Positions 44,040 through 59,670 of a stretch of DNA of 64,000 bases are shown piece by piece; the first letter of the stretch is position 1; the number at the start of each line of letters is the position of its first letter. Source of the DNA: Octopus sinensis (taxonomy: Eukaryota); contig NC_043004.1 of the NCBI RefSeq assembly GCF_006345805.1, positions 46,252,001 to 46,316,000 on the forward strand, in the 5' to 3' direction. Both the position numbers and the translations under genes were made by a program. The notes below the pieces were generated by a model. That model was not told where the DNA came from, searched no databases, and saw only the letters and a program-made list of their open reading frames with translations.

Positions 44040-45680
44040 GGGGAGAGTTGAGACCAAATGGCGTATAAGAGCGAAGAGAGAAGATTAATTCCTGTTCACG
44101 GCGCAAACGGGAATCCGGATGGCCTCTGTGTAAGGACAAACCAAACACAGATAGGTGTTGCAAGGAGTGACCGGTGGAGCGGAAATGGCGTGAGACCGGT
44201 GTGTCGTTCGCAAGGTGGATGTCACGAAGGTGTTCCGCGAACCGGTCAGCCAAGCGGCGTCCCGTTTGTCCGATGTACAATGAATTGCAGAGAGAGCAAG
44301 AGATGCAATAGATAATATTTCTGGAGGTGCAGGTGAAGGAGTGGATGATGGGATAGGGTCGATGGTGGGTGCTAGTGAGGCGGGTGGTGTTTGAGAGGTA
44401 AGGGCAAGTGCGGCAACGTGGGCGGGAGCAGGGGAACGAGCCGGGTTGGGAGGTAGGGTCAGGGAAGGAGCTATGGACCAAAAGGTCTCGAAGGTTGTGG
44501 GCTCGTTTGAAAGAGGGGAGGGGTCGGTTAGGGAAGAGGTGTGAAGTGGACGGGTCGGACTGGAGATGACGGAAAGCTCGAAGAATGGTGCGTTGGAGAC
44601 GTAGGATCGTGGGGTGGTAAGTGAGGGGAAAAGGGAGGAGGGAGACTACAGGCGGGTTCGGGGAGAGAGAGCAGATACACGGTCCACGGACCGTGCTCTG
44701 GCAAGGGCGGTGTGGATAGTGGAGGGGGTATCCACGTAGGGTGAAGTGGTGAGCCATACGTTGAGACTGAGTCTCAAAGTCATGGTCGTCACTACAGAGC
44801 CTACGTAGACGGAGGAATTGGGTATAGGGGATGGAAAGCTTGGTGTGTTCTGGGTGGGAGGAAGAGAAGTTGAGGTATGAGTGTGAGTCTGTGTGTTTGT
44901 AGTGAATGGAGGTGGTAAGAGTGGAGTGAAGAATGCTAACCGAAATGTCGAGGAAGGAGACAGAGGTGTTGGAGATAGTGGAAGTGGATGGAAAGATTGG
45001 ACGAAAGAGAGGAAGGAATCTAGATGTTCGCGGGAGAGTGAGGTGGCACCGATAATGTCGTCGATGTAACGACCATATAGTTCGGGAGTGGGACCAGTGA
45101 AATTAGAGAATATTTGGGCCTCAACATAGCCAACGAACAGGTTCGCATAGTTGGGGCCCATTCGCGTTCCCATGGCCACTCCCGAGACCTGATGGTAGAA
45201 CTCGCCCGCGAACGAGAAGCAGTTCAGAGTAAGGACAAGTTCGGCCAGACGAATGAGTGTGGAGGTGTCAGGTACAGGGTTAGAGCGGAGGTCAAGAAAG
45301 TGTCGAAGGGCCTGCAGTCCTTCGTGGTGAGGGATAACAGTATAGAGGCTTTGGATGTCCATAGTAAAAAGGATTTTGGAGGAGCCGGGAGGAAAGGAGA
45401 AAGAGTTGAAAAGCCGGAGAGCATGGTTGGTATCGTGGATGTGGGAGGGAAGAGATGCCACTAGGGGGGAAAGGACACGGTCGAGGTATTTAGAGATGAG
45501 CTCCGTGGGGCAGTTACAGGCGGAGACGATGGGGCGGCCAGGGTTGTTGGGTTTATGGATTTTGGGGAGGAAGTAAATGGTGGGGGTACGTGGGGTTCGC
45601 ACAATTAGGTTGGATGCGGTGCGGGGGAGACGGGAGGACGAGATGAGGTCGTGGACAGTAGAGGATACCGTCTGTTGGTA
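44040..45680 (-). pseudogene. PLE RT + GIY-YIG endonuclease ORF, one frameshift/deletion near 44985
   Basis: ORFs 44646-45848 and 43684-44757, plus the intermediate frame ([13 protein letters not shown]...YRHTDSH-like, [11 protein letters not shown]). Confidence 0.9.
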
Positions 45681-45963
45681 GCTACGTGAGGGGTTAGAGG
45701 GCAGAGGGGAATAGAAGGAGAATCCAAACAAGAAAACATAAGAAACAAAAAAACACAACAACGCAAAGACGTGGAACAAATAAAGTATTATTGGACGCTC
45801 AGGAAAAAATATATATATACATATATATATATATGTATGTATATACATATATATATGTATATATATGTATATGTATAGATGTATACATATATATGTATAT
45901 ATATATATAAATATATATATATGTGTGTGTGCGTGTATGTGTATATATATGTATATATATGTG

Positions 45964-46347
45964 TACTCTTTACTCTTTTACTTGTTTCAGTCTTTGACTG
46001 CGACCATGCTGGAGCATCACCTTTAATCGAGCAACTCGACCCTTGGACTTATTCTTTTGTAAGCCCAGTACTTATTCCATCGGTCTCTTTTGTCGAACCG
46101 CTAAGTAGCGGGGACATAACCACACCAGCATCGGTAGTCAAGCAATGCTAGGGGGACAAACACAGACACACAAATACACACACGCATATATATATATATA
46201 TATATACACATATATACGATGGGCTTCTTTCAGTTTCCGTCTACCAAATCCCCTCACAAGGCTTTGGTCGGCCCGAGGCTAGGGTAAAAGACACTTGCCC
46301 AAGGTGCCACGCAGTGGTACTGAACCCGGAACCGTGTGGTTGGTAAA
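45964..46347 (-). mobile_element. SINE family A, head truncated
   Basis: High similarity to 2793-3208. Confidence 0.88.
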
Positions 46348-47391
46348 TGTATATATGTACATTTTTACTTTTATATACATATTATTTATATTCAATTTTT
46401 TTTTATATATTAGCAAATCACATATCGTACTTTTTTTTCTTAGTGGATTGGTGTAAGAGAAAGATAAAATAAATATCAGGTGGTTTAAAAAGAAATACAC
46501 GCTTAAAAAGGAAATACTGGGCTGATTCGCTCGAATGGAACTCCTTCCAGGCAGTAACCTTGCATGGTTGTACTCCAACGACTGAGATATATAAAAGGTA
46601 TAAAATATATTCGCCCGCTATCGGATGCAGATCATTACTTGGATTAAGAAATAGTTGTATAGGCAGCTAGTTTGATCAATGGCTAAATAAATAGATATAT
46701 CTAGGGATGGTAATCACGTTCCCATGCATATAATAGTCGTGTATTTACATGTTTGTGCTTGTTCGCGTATATACATACATAAACACCTACGTATATACAT
46801 AGATACATACATATATACATACGTACATACATACATATATATATATATATGTGTGTATATATATTATTTATTTATTTTATTTTTATTTATGCATACATAT
46901 ACACATGTACATACATACATATATATACATATGTACATACATACATACATACGAAATATGCGTATTTACACACACATACACACAGATACGTGTCTATTCT
47001 TTCCTTCCATAAACACAAGTACATTTTACTGTTTATACGTATGTGTTCTTGTTTGTGTATATGTGTCTTCATCTTCATGACTATGCTTGTTGTCTACTAA
47101 TAATCTGCTTCTACTTTTCGTATACATAATGAAATTTTATTGCCCCTCATTCCGGCATTAGCGTCGTCATCGACACCCTCGTCAACCCTACCTACCTAAT
47201 CGCCAATACCTCTTCTGTTGCCCCACAGTTATAAATACATCATATCGCCATTATAAACATACATCCTAATTACTTTGTCACAATAAATCACCGTCAACCT
47301 TAGCGGCATCATTAACATCACGATGAACATCATCGTCATCATCATCACTGCTATCACCGATAGCATCCTACTTCTCATCATCAATCGTTGC

Positions 47392-47428
<37 letters not shown>

Positions 47429-47629
47429 GTCGTCGTCGTCGTCGTCGTCTCGTCATCAAACAGTGCTGGCATACTCTAAAGAAGCTAAGTTGCATTATAT
47501 TTAGAAATACCACCACTGTTACCATCCCCATCATTAAATCCCTCGTTCAAACAAATATAGAGACACACTCTTTCTCTCTCTCTCTCTCTCTACAAATATA
47601 GATACATATATATATGCATACATATCCCA

Positions 47630-48780
<1,151 letters not shown>

Positions 48781-49158
48781 TCAAAGTACTCAATTAAAAG
48801 AGCTTTATCCAAACCCTTAATTATATTTATATATATAAAAACCTTTTTGTAAAAGTTCCTACCGATAATGGTTCTCTTCCCATAATGAAACTACTTGGTA
48901 AAATCTATTAATTTTAAATTAATAATTATTTACCCTTATATTTGTAATGAATTTTTCACTCCCGTATAACAAACCGCAGTTCTCTTTCTGCTGCGGTACT
49001 ATCTTGTGACGCACATGCTAATCTTGGAGGGAAAATACGAATTCATTCGTCTATAAAGACTTGGATGTTCTGCCTATCTTCTGTTATTTCCCGATGGTGC
49101 TGGATTGGGATGCAAAGGGTCGGTCCATAGCATTTTCAAATTTACAAATTATCGAAAT

Positions 49159-49216
49159 ATTGTGCTGATGGCGGGAATGAATTTTTATAATTCTAACCCA
49201 GAAACGCGTCCATAAT
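49159..49216 (+). ncRNA. Type I hammerhead-like motif (predicted; A9G variant)
   Basis: attgtg CTGATGG c ggg..gaatt tttat aattc..ccc a GAA ACGCGT C cataat. 6-bp stem I with one G-U pair, palindromic stem III, GUC triplet. Confidence 0.5.
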
Positions 49217-49379
49217 TAATCGAAGACTGTTTGATTTCATTATTTTTCTTCTTTTACCTATGTGAGTTACAAGTATTGTTATCTGTGAAGTAATATCTGT
49301 TGTAAAAAGGAATAAGCTGTTTTGACTGCTATTTCTAAATTTTCGGTATGTGGTTAAACAACAAGTTGCTTAACCCTTC

Positions 49380-49434
<55 letters not shown>

Positions 49435-50009
49435 TGTGTGTGTATGTGTGTGTGTATGTGTGTATGAGTGTGTGGGTGTGTGTATGTGCATGTGTGCGTA
49501 GGTAAATAAATTATGGAGTCCCTCCTGTCGGATTCAACGTGTGCGGACCAGGCGATCAACACTTACTTTCTCAATCCTTATGTTTATGACGAATGTGACA
49601 TTTGAATCCCGCCAACGATTTACAAAATACCCCGAAGATGCTGCAAAAATGAAGATGACAGGTCAGTGCAGGCGATATATTTGCAGCTGCTTTTGCATCC
49701 CTAAGCCTGTTTTTGCTCGTTGAAACAAAGTGGCTTGTAACATTTTGACATGACGATTTCCATTTTATTCGGTCCGAGGTTGTTTGCTAATTGGTGTTGT
49801 GAGGTGTGTTTGCTAATAGCTGTGTGAGCTGTGTCAGCACAATCTGAAAGACAGTGTTTCTGATGTCAACCCGTTTAGTAAGTATAAGGGCGGTGGAAGC
49901 GAGGTTTTCCTTATGAGCCGCCATCGCGCTGGGCTAGCCATGTCGTTAGAATAAGTGACGAAAGAATGCCTAAGGTCCCCATGTATACATACATACACAC
50001 ATACAAACA

Positions 50010-50355
<346 letters not shown>

Positions 50356-51117
50356 ACATACCCATTTATCAAAGCTGCATGCTTATGAATGTCTATGCTT
50401 CTTTTCGCATATGTTGTTCATGCTTGCGCCCACTGGGTTCCTTTGTGTGATTGCTACCGATATTTTATACATTCCTTATCCGATTCTCCGCTATCGTATA
50501 ACCATACACACCTCTTATAATCACAGATCGTTATTCACAGCTTTCTAAATTCTTGTTTCGCTTTCGTTTTTATTTTACTTTATTGTTTTATATATAGTTT
50601 CCTTGGCAGAATACCAAGAAGCACCATGAATAATGAGCAACAAAAGCAAAAACAAAGCACAAACCAATCTGAATGAAGACAAACAAAAAATAAAAATATA
50701 ACCTCAACAATAACGCCAATATAACCAAGTGGAATAGCACAAGCGACAACTAGAATTCCCGTTCTTTGGCTTGATTGATTTCCAAATTCATATCGGCCAT
50801 TCAAGTGCAAATTGAAGCTATAATACTTGGCTTTTTAGGGTTTACCTTACATCCGGATCAATTTCCTCACAATTTATGTTTTATATTCATCAATCGCTAT
50901 GTGGAGGTGTGGCACTAAAATATTCAATATATTATGAATTGTCTATGATTATATTGAATATTGAAATTCATCAATTATTTACGATCCTTTTACAAGAACA
51001 AGAATCTTGAACATAAAGAATTCATTCTTATTAATGATTCTATGTTTTGTTATGGATACTTGTTATTTTTCTTTAGAATTTCTGCTTTATTTGTGTTATT
51101 ATTCATCCTGTTGATAG

Positions 51118-51158
51118 TATTATTATTATTATTATTATTATCATTATTATTATTATTA

Positions 51159-51200
<42 letters not shown>

Positions 51201-51242
51201 TATTATTATTATTATTAATATTATTATTATTTTTATTATTAA

Positions 51243-51305
<63 letters not shown>
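51118..51305. repeat. (TTA)n microsatellite
   Basis: Seen directly. Confidence 0.9.
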
Positions 51306-51307
<2 letters not shown>

Positions 51308-52490
51308 TGTATTACTATATTATTTAAATAACAAGCGTATATTCAACAAAAGAATCAATTATAATGCTACAATATTCTTTTACACGAACCGATATTTTTT
51401 AAATATATGAAAAAAATAAATAAGTAGACAATATAACGAGAATATATTGAAAGGAATGTTGTTGTTATTAGACATACACATACACGCACATGAATATTAA
51501 ATGTGTTTGCAGATGTGGATTTCAGCTTACATCGTAAAATATGTGTAAGTGATTTTCTATAGATGTATATATGTTCATATATGTATTCTCTCGCTCAAGT
51601 ATACATATACACATATAACAGCAAATATAACACACTTAAAGCATGAAATATTTACAAAAATTAATATAAGATTATAACGTTTGGTTATACAAAAAGTGGT
51701 AATATATTAGAAAAGAATGTATGATTGCAAAATTGGAAATATATGAGGAAAAACATCATGAAGTTATGTAAAAAAAAAACTATAATACATAAGTCATAGT
51801 ATATATTTCATGGGATATTTCATATTTTTTATGCATATATTTATACTTTTATACACATACTTATTTACGAAATATATCCAAACCATTGCAACTGATAAAG
51901 TTATCAGTGTTGCAACAATATGCAAATAGAAACATTTTTCTCATTTTATTCAATCTAATATCATGCGAGCCAATGACGAAACCAATACGCAATCGATCTC
52001 AACCAAATTTTAGGAACATCACATGCTATCGTCTTAATAAAATGGAGAAGGCAATTAATAATATAGTGACTGATATCGAAAACTAGCAATGGTACCAGGT
52101 CTATATATTAAACTCAGGCCTTGCATGAGTTTAATATATAGAACAAATATCATATGAATTCACTATGAATGGCGATATGAAACCATTCTGCATGCTTTGC
52201 TTTCAGAAGAAACTCATAACTTCCAGTTTATCCAGGAAAGCTGATACATTCAGTTTTGATAAGCCAAAACTATTCAGGAAACGCACAGAAAGTAAATATA
52301 GAGTCGAAAATGTATTTTTTGCTCTTAAACTAGTCATCCATTTTCAACGTGCACTGTTCCTGGGAGGATCGTTGGAGTAGAGTAATCAGGCACTTACTCC
52401 ATATGGTACTACCGAAAGGAACATCAGTTGACTTTCTGACCGGATTCTAAACCGAAACCTACTGAGTGCTATGGACAATAATCCAACCTA

Positions 52491-52721
52491 TTTCTTTAAT
52501 ACCCACAAGGGGCTAAACATAGAGGGGACAAACAAGGACAGACATAAGTATTAAGTCGATTACATCGACCCCAGTCCGTAACTGATACTTAATTTATCGA
52601 CCCCGAAAGGATGAAAGGCAAAGTCGACCACGGTGGAGTTTGAACTCAGAACGTAACGGCAGACGAAATACTGTTACGCATTTCGCCCGGCGTGCTAACG
52701 TTTCTGCCAGCTCGCCGCCTT
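52491..52721 (-). mobile_element. SINE family B, full length
   Basis: Reverse-complement homolog of 38513-38745. Confidence 0.9.
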
Positions 52722-53947
52722 CCATCCATTTGTTGCTATATATCTAGGACTCCCACTGTTTCGCTCAGCTAAAACATTCCGCCTTACACTTTTTTTCTGC
52801 GACGTTCTAATCACATGGCCGTAATAGCGGAGCTGTGACTTCTCAATTTAGAGTATTAGCTGATCGAGCTGGATAGTTTCGCTGACGTCCGAACTATTGA
52901 CCCTACCGAGTAAATACTAAGTTACTCCACAAATCCTCCCGAGTAACTGTATTTCGTAATATTTTGTCATTGCGTTAAAATTAATTTTATTTTGTGGTAC
53001 AATATGATATTTCCTTCGCAATAATGTAACAGTTTCTATAACCAATGTAAATATTTCGTTTTCTAACCAGTGCAATTCTCCAATACGAATCATAGAAGTG
53101 CTTCTGGATAAGCAATATTATTATTTACTTATTTTCTTCTTTAATGTTAAGAGCAATAAAAAAAAACATTTCTGAAGAAGTTATATCGCGTACTATATTC
53201 TTAATGGCAAAAATGTGGGCCCTAGCAAATTTTCTGCTGTATAGTACGAAAATTGTGGCTAAGAAAGTGAAACAAACGCACATTATGTCAAGCATATGGA
53301 GGTATTTTGGTTTTTGACAGAACATCTTGGGTATATGTCTGCACTCTCATGACTAATTTCTGTGGAACAACAACAATAAATACAACAATAACTTCATAAA
53401 CACATAACTATTCTTTGGAACACATCAGGAGTGTATATAGAATAATCTGTAAAACTAGAAAATGTAACTGTAAAGTTATATCATTTCAGGACCTTAAAGA
53501 GTACCTAAGTAAAATGGTCGAATTTGTAATTGAAAAGGAATGGATACTGCAATCCCTATCAGCTGCTACAGTTATTGTAATCATCATGCATAATGCGGTT
53601 ATTATAATCATCATACATAAGTTAGCAAATAAAAAGATAATTCCCCATTAGACTCATACAATACATTTCTTATGCGATTTTATTCTTATATTCTTTTACT
53701 TGTTTTAGTCATTTGACTGCGACCATTCTGGAGCACCGTCTTTAAAGTTGTTTTGGAAATGTTTATTCTTTATATTGTCATATATGAAATCAACTTCTCA
53801 TATGGTTATATTTCATCAGAGCGATTTAAATATCATTTGAACTTGATGCCATTTTCAGTCTCTTAAGAGATTATATGATAAAAGGTAATTATAACTACTT
53901 ACTAACTATTGTCTTTTTAGGACACACACACAAACCCACTCAGGCAC

Positions 53948-53984
<37 letters not shown>

Positions 53985-54290
53985 TACACACAAACACACA
54001 CACATATATGTAGCCTTGTGTGTGAGCATGCATGTCTATGGCTGCATGAATGGGTAGTCGCTGATAAGTAAACGTCTATGAAAAATGGTTGGGGTTATAT
54101 CAAAATCCGTAGTCGAAGCAGCAATAGGAAGAAAATTACATATACATCAAATGAAAGCCTCCACCATTGGTATAGTAGCACTAAAAATATATGAAACCTG
54201 ACCGCACCTTCAACAATGCATATTAACGAAACAGGTATGGATCTGGGATATGATACGAAGCATAAAACATTAGTAGCTGCACAGCTGCTG

Positions 54291-54323
<33 letters not shown>

Positions 54324-54325
54324 TT

Positions 54326-54354
<29 letters not shown>

Positions 54355-54358
<4 letters not shown>

Positions 54359-54772
54359 CTCTCTTTACTCTCTTTTACTCTTTTACTTGTTTCAGTTATT
54401 TGACTGCGGCCATGCTGGAGCACCGCCTTTAGTCGAGGAAATCGACCCCGGGACGTATTCTTTGTAAGCCCAGTACTTATTCTATCGGTCTCTTTTGCCG
54501 AACCGCTAAGTGGCGGGGACGTAAACACACCAGCATTGGTTGTCAAGCAATGCTAGGGGGACAAACACAAACATATACACACACACCCATACATATATAT
54601 ACATATATACGACAGGCTTCTTTCAGTTTCCGTCTACCAAATCCACTCACAAGGCATTGGTCGGCCCGGGGCTATAGCAGAAGACACTTGCCCAAGATGC
54701 CACGCAGTGGGACTGAACCCGGAACCATGTGGCTGGTTAGCAAGCTACTTACCACACAGCCACTCCTGCGCC

Positions 54773-54773
<1 letters not shown>
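54355..54773 (-). mobile_element. SINE family A, full length, inside an (AAT)n tract
   Basis: High similarity to 2793-3208; (AAT)n on both sides. Confidence 0.92.
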
Positions 54774-54810
<37 letters not shown>

Positions 54811-57259
54811 TTAATAATGATAATAATAATAATGATAATAATAATAATAATGAGGATGAGGAGGAGGATGCCGATGACGATGATGATGATGATAATGATC
54901 ATGATGACGGCTTTGCGATCAAAGGGGACATAATCCTAACTTTCTTTTCATTTCTTTTCTCTTTGTTCTTTTTCCGTTTTCAAAAGCCTAAATATTTTGC
55001 ATTTACTCTTTTCATCTGTCTATGACGTGCATAACACCTTAGTAATTTGGTTCTGGGAATTACATTGATTCAGTCATTTCTCCAATAATTAAGCTAATTT
55101 TAAGAAACCTATTAATTTACATGTATGTCTATAAAATATGTATGAATCAATATTATGTGCTAATTCGTGAAAGTAGTCCTGTGTGGAAGAAGAATATCCG
55201 TCATGACAATAATACCCTGTTACCCCTTATTCCATCCTCTCGCAGTAGCCTATTATTTTCATTCTGTCTGCCTCTTATTTATCTTTAGCTATCATTCTAG
55301 TCCCATTTAAAGAAAGAAATTAGATACAACACTGTAGTATTTTATGACACATTCACTAGCTAATTTCCGGGTGGGTTTTCGCCCTCTTCAGTAATGCTTA
55401 ACTAACAGGGGCACCCAGATTTTGTGGTATTTTTCAATTAAAGTAAAGGTTTTTCTGTGATGTAATCGAAAGATTCATCAATAAAAGATGCATCTGAGAC
55501 AGCTGTATTATACCTTAACCTCATTTGTGTTCTTAATTTAAGGGAACACCATACCTGGAACGTCCCCTATGTTGTATCTAGAAATTGCATTCGATCCTAA
55601 ACCTACATGCGTTTGTGCATGGGCCTATATTTGCATATATATGTATATTTATGTGCATGTACATATATATGTAGAGTTTATGGATATGTTCCTATATACT
55701 GACATATATATGCAGATGTATATGTATATAGTATATATACGTATGTACTGGACTCGAAGATTTTCTAGTGTCTTGAATGCTAAAATATCTTCATGCAAAT
55801 GAATCCTATAATGAATTATATATGCTTTTATTTGCGTGAGTGTGTATATATGTATGTATGTACGTGTGTACGTAAATATGTATGAATGTATGTAGGTAGG
55901 TAAATAATTCAGCTCTTTTCGTAACAGGATATCCCGTACTGAATTCAAAAGATTGACACTGATAAATGCACGTCTTCTGGCGTGGAGTACAGGAAGTATG
56001 TGCAAACATTTGTGGAAGAACTCAATGGTAAACCATAACGCTTTGTCACTCTCATTTTGCTTGAGTCTTACACTAAAATTTCGTATATCTGGTCACACAG
56101 TTTAAGTAAGGAAATGTTTTAGTAAGTCCGGTATGGTAAAACTAATTCTCTCATGGTCGAAACTGACGGTGATACACTAACTTTCATATGCAACACGTGA
56201 AATTAAATTTAGCTTTGTGAAATCTTGTAGGGTTTATCAAACCTGTTTCAGTTTGACGATACTCCTGGAAAGAAAACAGACGATCAAATGACTTAGAGTT
56301 TATTGCTAAAATTTGCGTGATCTCTGCCTATTAGGGAGCTTTAAACAATATATATGTCTGTTTTCGTGTCTTCCAGATATATATTAATAAGAAGTCCCGT
56401 CTACAAATGGAAACGAAATTTCTAAAAATCTTTGAGTTATTGTCATGCATCTTCAGAAATAATAAATATTTTTTGATGGCCAGTATTTAAACAAATGATA
56501 TCAAATACTAGAAAATATTTTAAAATAAATAATAAAACCAATTAACGATATTGGATCATCACTATATGTACTTATGCTACTGAAGCTATATGATTACACT
56601 TGCACACACACATGCACACACATAGACACACACACTTATCCACACACACACACATAGGCACGCACGCATATGTATTCAGATTAAAATATAGGAAAACAAA
56701 TTTCATAGATAAGTGATATATGTAATACTTTGAAAAGCAGTTTCGTTAGTAATATGCACGGTTAATTTCTAAATTACCTAATTGCACTGGCAAAAATAAA
56801 TTTATGACCAATGATAAAGGTTCTATTTCTTACAAAATATTTTGTTACTAAAACCATACACATTATTTTTATATTCTACACCTTATGCAGAATTTATTTC
56901 TCTTTCGAATGATGCAGACAATAACTGTTTTTATACAACTTCAAGAATTCTAATGCTAAATTAATATAAACGTTTCAAATTTACCAGCAAAATTATTTGA
57001 AGACCATGTAATATGTATGCAAATTTTTTTGCCAAAACGGGTGGTAACTGCCCTATATAATGCTATAATTTAACGGTATTATACAATTGGTTAATAATGT
57101 GAAAACAACGTAGCCTCGGTGCAGTCACGAGAGTAAACATCGTATTACTACACCAGCAAAATGTTTCCTTTTCGAACATCAGCAAGCAACGAAAGTGCAG
57201 TAAAACTGCTTGCATGCAAGCGTGGAAGTTATATTCGGAGACTGGTCAATATAAAGATT

Positions 57260-57765
57260 GTGTGATGTGGTGTGGTGTAGTATGGTGGTGTGTGGTGTGG
57301 TGTTGGGGTGTGGAGTAGGTGAGAGTGGGGGAAGAAAGAGTGGGGTCTAATGGATGGGGTGCGGGTAGGATGGGAAGTATAGGGATAGTGGTTTTGGAAT
57401 GTGTAGGGGTAGGGTAACGAGGGGGAAGTGACGATGAAGGGAGAGGATGGAAGAGAGAAGGTGGGTAGGAGTGAAGAGAGGAAGTAGGTATCAGTTCAAG
57501 AGAGGAGAGGTGGGTGGGAGGAAGTAGGTGTGAGTGGGAGTAGGCGTGAGAGGAAGAGAGGAGGAAGGTTAGATGAAGAGGGGAGGAGATTTGAGCACAC
57601 GTGGCGGAAAGAAGCGAAGGGAGATGATTAATCCATGCTCACGGCGAAGACGGGATTCCGGATATCCCTTGTGCGAGGACAATCCGAACACAACCAGGTG
57701 TTGTAAAGAGTGATCGGTAGAGCGGAAATGGAGCGAGACCGGGGTGTCGTTTGCGAGTCTGATGT
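57260..57765 (-). pseudogene. Penelope-like GIY-YIG C-terminal fragment
   Basis: 57590-57765 is homologous to 44030-44230 (gcggaaatgg...gagaccgg...tgtcgtttgcga); G-rich 3' region resembles 43750-44040. Confidence 0.75.
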
Positions 57766-57962
57766 CTGTATGCTTATTTGAAATGAAAATAGTTTTTAAA
57801 CCATTAACACCATGATATACCTGTGGAATTTATATTTCTGTCTTTTATTCTCAATATTCTCATAAGGAACGTCTTACTCGATTATTTGTATACATGCATA
57901 TTTCTTCCGGTGAATTTAAAATAAGTTTATAATGCTTTAAAACGATTTGGTTTTATTATTAA

Positions 57963-58280
57963 CTAGCAGCATAGCCCAGCGTTGCCTGGGTATGTAAGAA
58001 CCCCTAGTAAGCAACGACTTGCGTCTGCAGCTGCGATTAGCAGAAGTATGCTAAGGTTATGTTGTCTGGTCATGTTTTCTCTCGTTGACTGCTTGAAGTG
58101 GCTGAATTTATAAATTTTTTTCAGAACTGGGGAACTTTTCAAAATTTTCGCTGCGTTAGTTTTGAATTATGACATTGGGCTATGTGTGTGTCAAGTTTCA
58201 TCAGAATCGGTTGAAAGCCGTGGTCAGGGTGAGGGTACAACCTGACAGACAGACAACCTGCCTTTTATATATAGAGAAGA
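57963..58280 (-). mobile_element. Non-autonomous Helitron-like element
   Basis: Minus strand: a|tcttctctatatataaaaggcaggttgtctgtc... hairpin cccaggcaacgctggg ...gctgCTAG|t. Termini are the same type as 12017-12411. Confidence 0.75.
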
Positions 58281-58531
58281 TTTTAAAATATTTTCTATTA
58301 GTTGATATCATTAAATACTGACCATCAAAATGTTTTTCTCGTTTCCGATGATGCATGACAATAACTCAAAATTTCGTTTACATTTCCTATTAATATATAA
58401 ATATATGCACATATACCTCTATATATTTATACATGTATATATATCTGTGTGTGTCTGTAACTATTTATATATATGTATGTATGTATCTATCTATCTTTCT
58501 ACACACATACACACACACACACATATATATA

Positions 58532-58610
<79 letters not shown>

Positions 58611-58949
58611 ATATATAAAAGCGTCTGTAAATAAAACACCTATTTTCTAAATGAGAGTTAAAAATATAGAAAACCCTTTCTTAAAGATATGTAAAAATGT
58701 ATAACGCATGTTAAATATATTATGGAAATTATGTGTTTCTTAACCATACGCAATGTTGTTTTATATTCCTTAATTTATGTAGTTGTATTATAAATACATA
58801 TGTGTAATTGTAAAACGAGCCTTCAATATCTGAAAATATTTTTAAAGGTTGGTTAACATGCAATATGCTGAAAAAACACGGATACACCCTTTTGGACAAA
58901 TGATTTATTCGAAACGACGATTTAATTGCAATTATTACTGTATTCACAT

Positions 58950-59670
58950 GTGAGGTTTTATAAGGAGTGGTAAAGAGACAGAGAATTTCGTGGTAAAGAG
59001 ACAGGAAATTGCGAAGGAGTGGAGCTCAAGAGATAGTGAAAGAATGAAAATAATGCAGTGATGCTGAACGCTGAAAGATAGAGAGAGTTGTTCATGTTAT
59101 TGACATATATTGATGAGACATTAAAATTAACTGTCAAAGGCTTTAGTGTGTTCATTCTATGAATTACGCTAATTAAGCCGAGTCTTCTTTGTAAATTTTG
59201 AGCAACTATTAGATATAGGGGCAAGCAGGTGCATAATACTTCATTATTAATATTCAGACCATATTTAATTTGGAGCAGTACGAAAACATTCTATCTGCAG
59301 CAGTATTGAGAATTTAATTGAGTTGTAGCTTTTCCGTACATTTAAGTATGCGAGGTTCAAGGACAGTCTATGATATATTCTTTTTAACCATTCGACTACT
59401 GTGACCTCAGAGAAAGTCATATTAATTACACAACTTAAATTCCAATTTAATATGCAGAGTGCATCTGCGTCTGCCCCGATAGCAGATTGCATTCCCAAAA
59501 TACAGACTGATACCCTTTAGTGAACACATTAAGAAGTGTGTAAAACAACTGCTACTACAATTTGTAATCTTCCCATTTTATCCAAGTACCATCAGAACAT
59601 CAACACAAGTTAGATTAAATAAGGAAACCTACTTCATTGAAAAATATAAGCCAAATTTAAATATTTCTAG
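58950..59670 (+). pseudogene. Possible heavily decayed PLE (RT to GIY-YIG end)
   Basis: YIDETLK and FIEKYKPNLN-like remnants only. Confidence 0.35.

Larger units (their letters stand above)
43061..45809 (-). mobile_element. Penelope-like retroelement (Neptune type), 5'-truncated, (TA)n on both sides
   Basis: RT: [46 protein letters not shown]. Cys linker CSRPRCRTC. GIY-YIG: IIYCISCSLCNSLYIGQTGRRLADRFAEH...REQELI...GLN. 3' pLTR carries a hammerhead-like motif. Confidence 0.92.

Noticed and set aside
43684-44057. Pro/Ser/Leu-rich or Glu/Gly/Arg-rich protein extension of the PLE
   Set aside because: It is a purine/pyrimidine low-complexity 3' UTR read through after GLN; no domain.
53125-53370. 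Minus-strand exon after ttgttccacag
   Set aside because: All three frames from the acceptor reach a stop within about 25 codons, and no good donor was found.
55928-56030. Plus-strand exon ISRTEFKRLTLINARLLAWSTG
   Set aside because: Splice-like sites are present, but there is no recognisable product or partner exons, and the strand conflicts with the other candidates.
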